DNA from: Candidatus Micrarchaeia archaeon
GTDB lineage: Archaea; Micrarchaeota; Micrarchaeia; Micrarchaeales; CABMGC01
Length of the DNA stretch: 18,552 nt
Assembly (NCBI GenBank): GCA_049964835.1
Contig: JBMFWW010000014.1
Coordinates: forward strand, 1-18,552
Reading direction: 5' to 3'
Position numbers and translations under genes: made by a program. Shown here piece after piece: positions 16,297 to 18,552 of the stretch (position 1 is its first letter; every line of letters begins with the position of its first letter). The notes under the pieces were generated by a model, which made no database searches, had not been told where the DNA came from, and saw nothing but the letters and a program-made list of their open reading frames with translations.

Positions 16297-17583
16297 TCAC
16301 ATATTATTTTTAGGCGTATCTGCTACATTTTCTGTTTCATTATCTACTGCGGAGAGTCTATCATTAATATTTTTCATTTTATCATTTATTTCTTTAGATT
16401 TCTTTTCACTTTCTATAACATTTCTATAACTCTCTAAAATATTTGATTTTTTATCCATTTTAATTTTTTTAATTTTATTTTGCAAATCGCTTATTTCTTG
16501 AGTTATGCTTGCTATATCTTTTTCTAAATCTTTTATTTGATAATCAATATTCTTTATATCTTTAAGTCTAGCTTCATTATTTTTTATTTTTTCAAGATCT
16601 TTATTTACTGTTGAATTAATTTCATTGAATTTTTTCATACTAATATTATAAATTTTTTCTAAATCTGACTTAGTAAGATTCATTTTATCTATTAATGCTA
16701 TTCTCTCCTTTTGTATTTCCTTATTTATTGCATATTGATCTATCTTATAATCTTTAAGTTTATCATTATAGCTAGATATCTGTTCATTAATAGCCTTTTC
16801 AAATTTATTTATCTCTTCTTCTTTCTTTCTCAGTTCAATTTTTAAATCAACAAAACTGGCTCTTGTTTCATCCGTTTTTTTATCAAATTCATTAATCAGT
16901 TGATTTATATTACTTCTCATATATGATGTTTTACTTTTTATATCATCAATTACTGCCCTTGCATTTTTTGAAACTATATCTACATTCTGAAATGAAATAT
17001 ACTCTTTGTCAAATTCAAAACTTCTACTTTTTAATTTTTCTATATTAATATTTATCTGATCTAAATAGTTTTTAATCTCTTCTGTGTCTTTTCTAGCCTG
17101 AGCGTTATAAGTGTTAAGTTCATCTATTGTTTTTTTAATTATTGGTTCATGCTCTTTTAGCATTTTTTCCGCATTTTCAAAAAAGGCTTTAGACTCTTTT
17201 AATTTGCGATTTATAATTTCTACATTCTTCTTCTGGCTTTCTAAATTATCCTGTATTATGTCTGTTTTTACTTCATTTATTTTTTTAACTTGATTCGTAT
17301 CTAGCGTTTCTGTACCTTTTACTTGGTTAGTATTAGTTGCGTCAGTTACAATGCTATTGTCACTTCTATTAATAACAATTTTATTTGAAGCACTTGAAAC
17401 ATACATTTTACCTAACTTGTATGTTATACGTGCGAGCTTAGCTTTTTCTAAAGCCTTTGACCACTCTAAAACTGTGCTTTCATTAACTCCTAATATATTT
17501 GCTAAGGTTAGCACATCTGTCTCTCCATTTTGATTTATATAACTAAGTAAAGAATCAATACCTGTTAATATGTTGGCAGCCAT
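16297..17583 (-). CDS. N-terminal winged-helix domain plus long coiled-coil protein, first gene of the pilus operon
   Basis: LLSYINQNGETDVLTLANILGVNESTVLEWSKALEKAKLARITYKLGKMYV is an HTH/wing pattern, followed by about 330 aa of K/E/I/N heptad-rich sequence. Confidence 0.75.
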   Translation of the reverse strand: MAANILTGIDSLLSYINQNGETDVLTLANILGVNESTVLEWSKALEKAKLARITYKLGKMYVSSASNKIVINRSDNSIVTDATNTNQVKGTETLDTNQVKKINEVKTDIIQDNLESQKKNVEIINRKLKESKAFFENAEKMLKEHEPIIKKTIDELNTYNAQARKDTEEIKNYLDQININIEKLKSRSFEFDKEYISFQNVDIVSKNARAVIDDIKSKTSYMRSNINQLINEFDKKTDETRASFVDLKIELRKKEEEINKFEKAINEQISSYNDKLKDYKIDQYAINKEIQKERIALIDKMNLTKSDLEKIYNISMKKFNEINSTVNKDLEKIKNNEARLKDIKNIDYQIKDLEKDIASITQEISDLQNKIKKIKMDKKSNILESYRNVIESEKKSKEINDKMKNINDRLSAVDNETENVADTPKNNM

Positions 17584-17704
17584 GTCATATCAATATTGAA
17601 TAATAAATGAATAATTATATATGTTTCCATTATTTACGTATTTAATTTAACCTAAAGAAAAAATACTAACAAAAAGTAATAATTCTTAAAAAAGAAAAAG
17701 AGAT

Positions 17705-18279
17705 TTACTTTACCATCTCTAAAAATTCTTTCTTAAGACTTTCTAATGTTTGTAAATTAATATCCTTTTTACTATATCTTAATGCAGATTTTATCATTAC
17801 TGAATTATTTTGCCTTATGCCTCTTATTTCTGTGCAGTCATGTATTCCTGAAATGGTACATATAACAAATAAAGGTTTTAACTGTTCATTTAAAAAATTA
17901 ACTATTTCTCACGTTACAAATTCTTGAGTGCTTGGTTTTGTGGAAGTAATAGAAGCAACTCTAGCTAAACTTTGACAATCCACAAATTTTACCATTATTC
18001 TTAGTAGATAACCTATATTTATTTTATATTCAACTGGCAATAAATGATGCTGACATAATCCAATGTTACTATGTTTTTATTAATTATCATTGTTTTTTCT
18101 TGGTTTTTTGCGGTTGAAATGTCGTAAAATTAAAAATTTCATTTTGTTTATTGTAAATCTCCTTAAAATATTTATTAATCCTTCTGGATGTATTTTTAAG
18201 TGATTCATTATCAAACCAGTCATACTCTTTATTTAATTCTTTTATCAGTTCATTTAAAATTTTTTTCAAGTTTTTCCAT
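17705..18279 (-). pseudogene. folE: GTP cyclohydrolase I (FolE) pseudogene
   Basis: Manual minus-strand translation across frames: MEKLEK / ILNEL..SLKNTSRRINKYFKEIY..FTTF / MIINKNIV / GLCQHHLLPV..IGYL / NGKICGLSK / LARV...KPSTQEFVT*EIV..LKP..GIHDCTEIRGI..SALR..KEFLEMVK-stop. This gives about 5 frameshifts and an in-frame TGA at 17909-17911. Confidence 0.85.
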
Positions 18280-18376
18280 ACTCTACCTTATTATTCTACG
18301 AATATATATACAAAATATATATGTCAAATTAATATCTAAAATATAAAACAACAAAGTAAAACTTACTTGTTTTAAA

Positions 18377-18552
18377 TTAGGCTTTGTTAACCGCTTTTAT
18401 GTAAATTTTCCCTAATTTGTTGATTACATACACAAGCTTTGCTTTTTCTAAAGATTTGGACTATTCCGAAACAGTACTTTCGCTAACGCCCAGGATCTTT
18501 GCTATCTTAGACGCGCTTATTTCTCCATTCTCACCAAATACTTAAGTAATAC
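18377..18552 (-). pseudogene. Degenerate, 5'-partial paralog of the wHTH domain of 16297..17583
   Basis: Reads VLLKY / GENGEISASKIAKILGVSESTVSE*SKSLEKAKLVYV / HKLGKIYIKAVNKA-stop. It aligns with LLSYINQNGETDVLTLANILGVNESTVLEWSKALEKAKLARITYKLGKMYV. TAG at 18461-18463 replaces Trp, and there are two frameshifts. Confidence 0.8.

Noticed and set aside
3694..17533. Short antisense or out-of-frame ORFs in the track (3694, 5271, 8061, 8556, 9299, 9429, 10454, 11987, 12743, 14581, 15048, 15338, 15498, 17111, 17351)
   Set aside because: All overlap longer, well-supported genes and show no recognisable motifs; treated as shadow ORFs.
18087..18269. Stand-alone 60-aa protein from the ORF track
   Set aside because: It is the N-terminal fragment of the frameshifted folE pseudogene.
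17909..18463. Stop-codon reassignment (TGA in folE, TAG in the wHTH copy)
   Set aside because: Both relics also carry frameshifts, and intact genes in the window terminate with TGA and TAG normally.

Overview
AT-rich archaeal chromosomal segment. Gene content and style suggest a DPANN archaeon, most like Micrarchaeota (inference): intron-containing tRNA, archease, Gln-type class III signal peptides, multi-LamG protein, and GGTG/GTGA ribosome-binding sites. Left to right: a 5'-truncated beta-propeller surface protein built of 46-aa (138-bp) repeats; tRNA-Ile(GAU) with a 33-nt intron; a Nudix + family-4-like uracil-DNA glycosylase fusion; an exosortase/archaeosortase with a large C-terminal domain; archease; an ankyrin-like repeat protein; a 415-bp non-coding gap rich in hairpins (candidate ncRNA); tRNA-Cys(GCA); a CBS+HPF-like (Hib-type) ribosome hibernation candidate overlapping three pilin-like genes, one a large triple-LamG adhesin; and a convergent type IV pilus assembly operon (wHTH/coiled-coil protein, ATPase, hypothetical, two GspF/TadBC-like membrane proteins). 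At the right end are two decayed genes the ORF track misses: a folE (GTP cyclohydrolase I) pseudogene and a broken paralog of the wHTH domain. All calls come from manual motif reading; no database searches were run.
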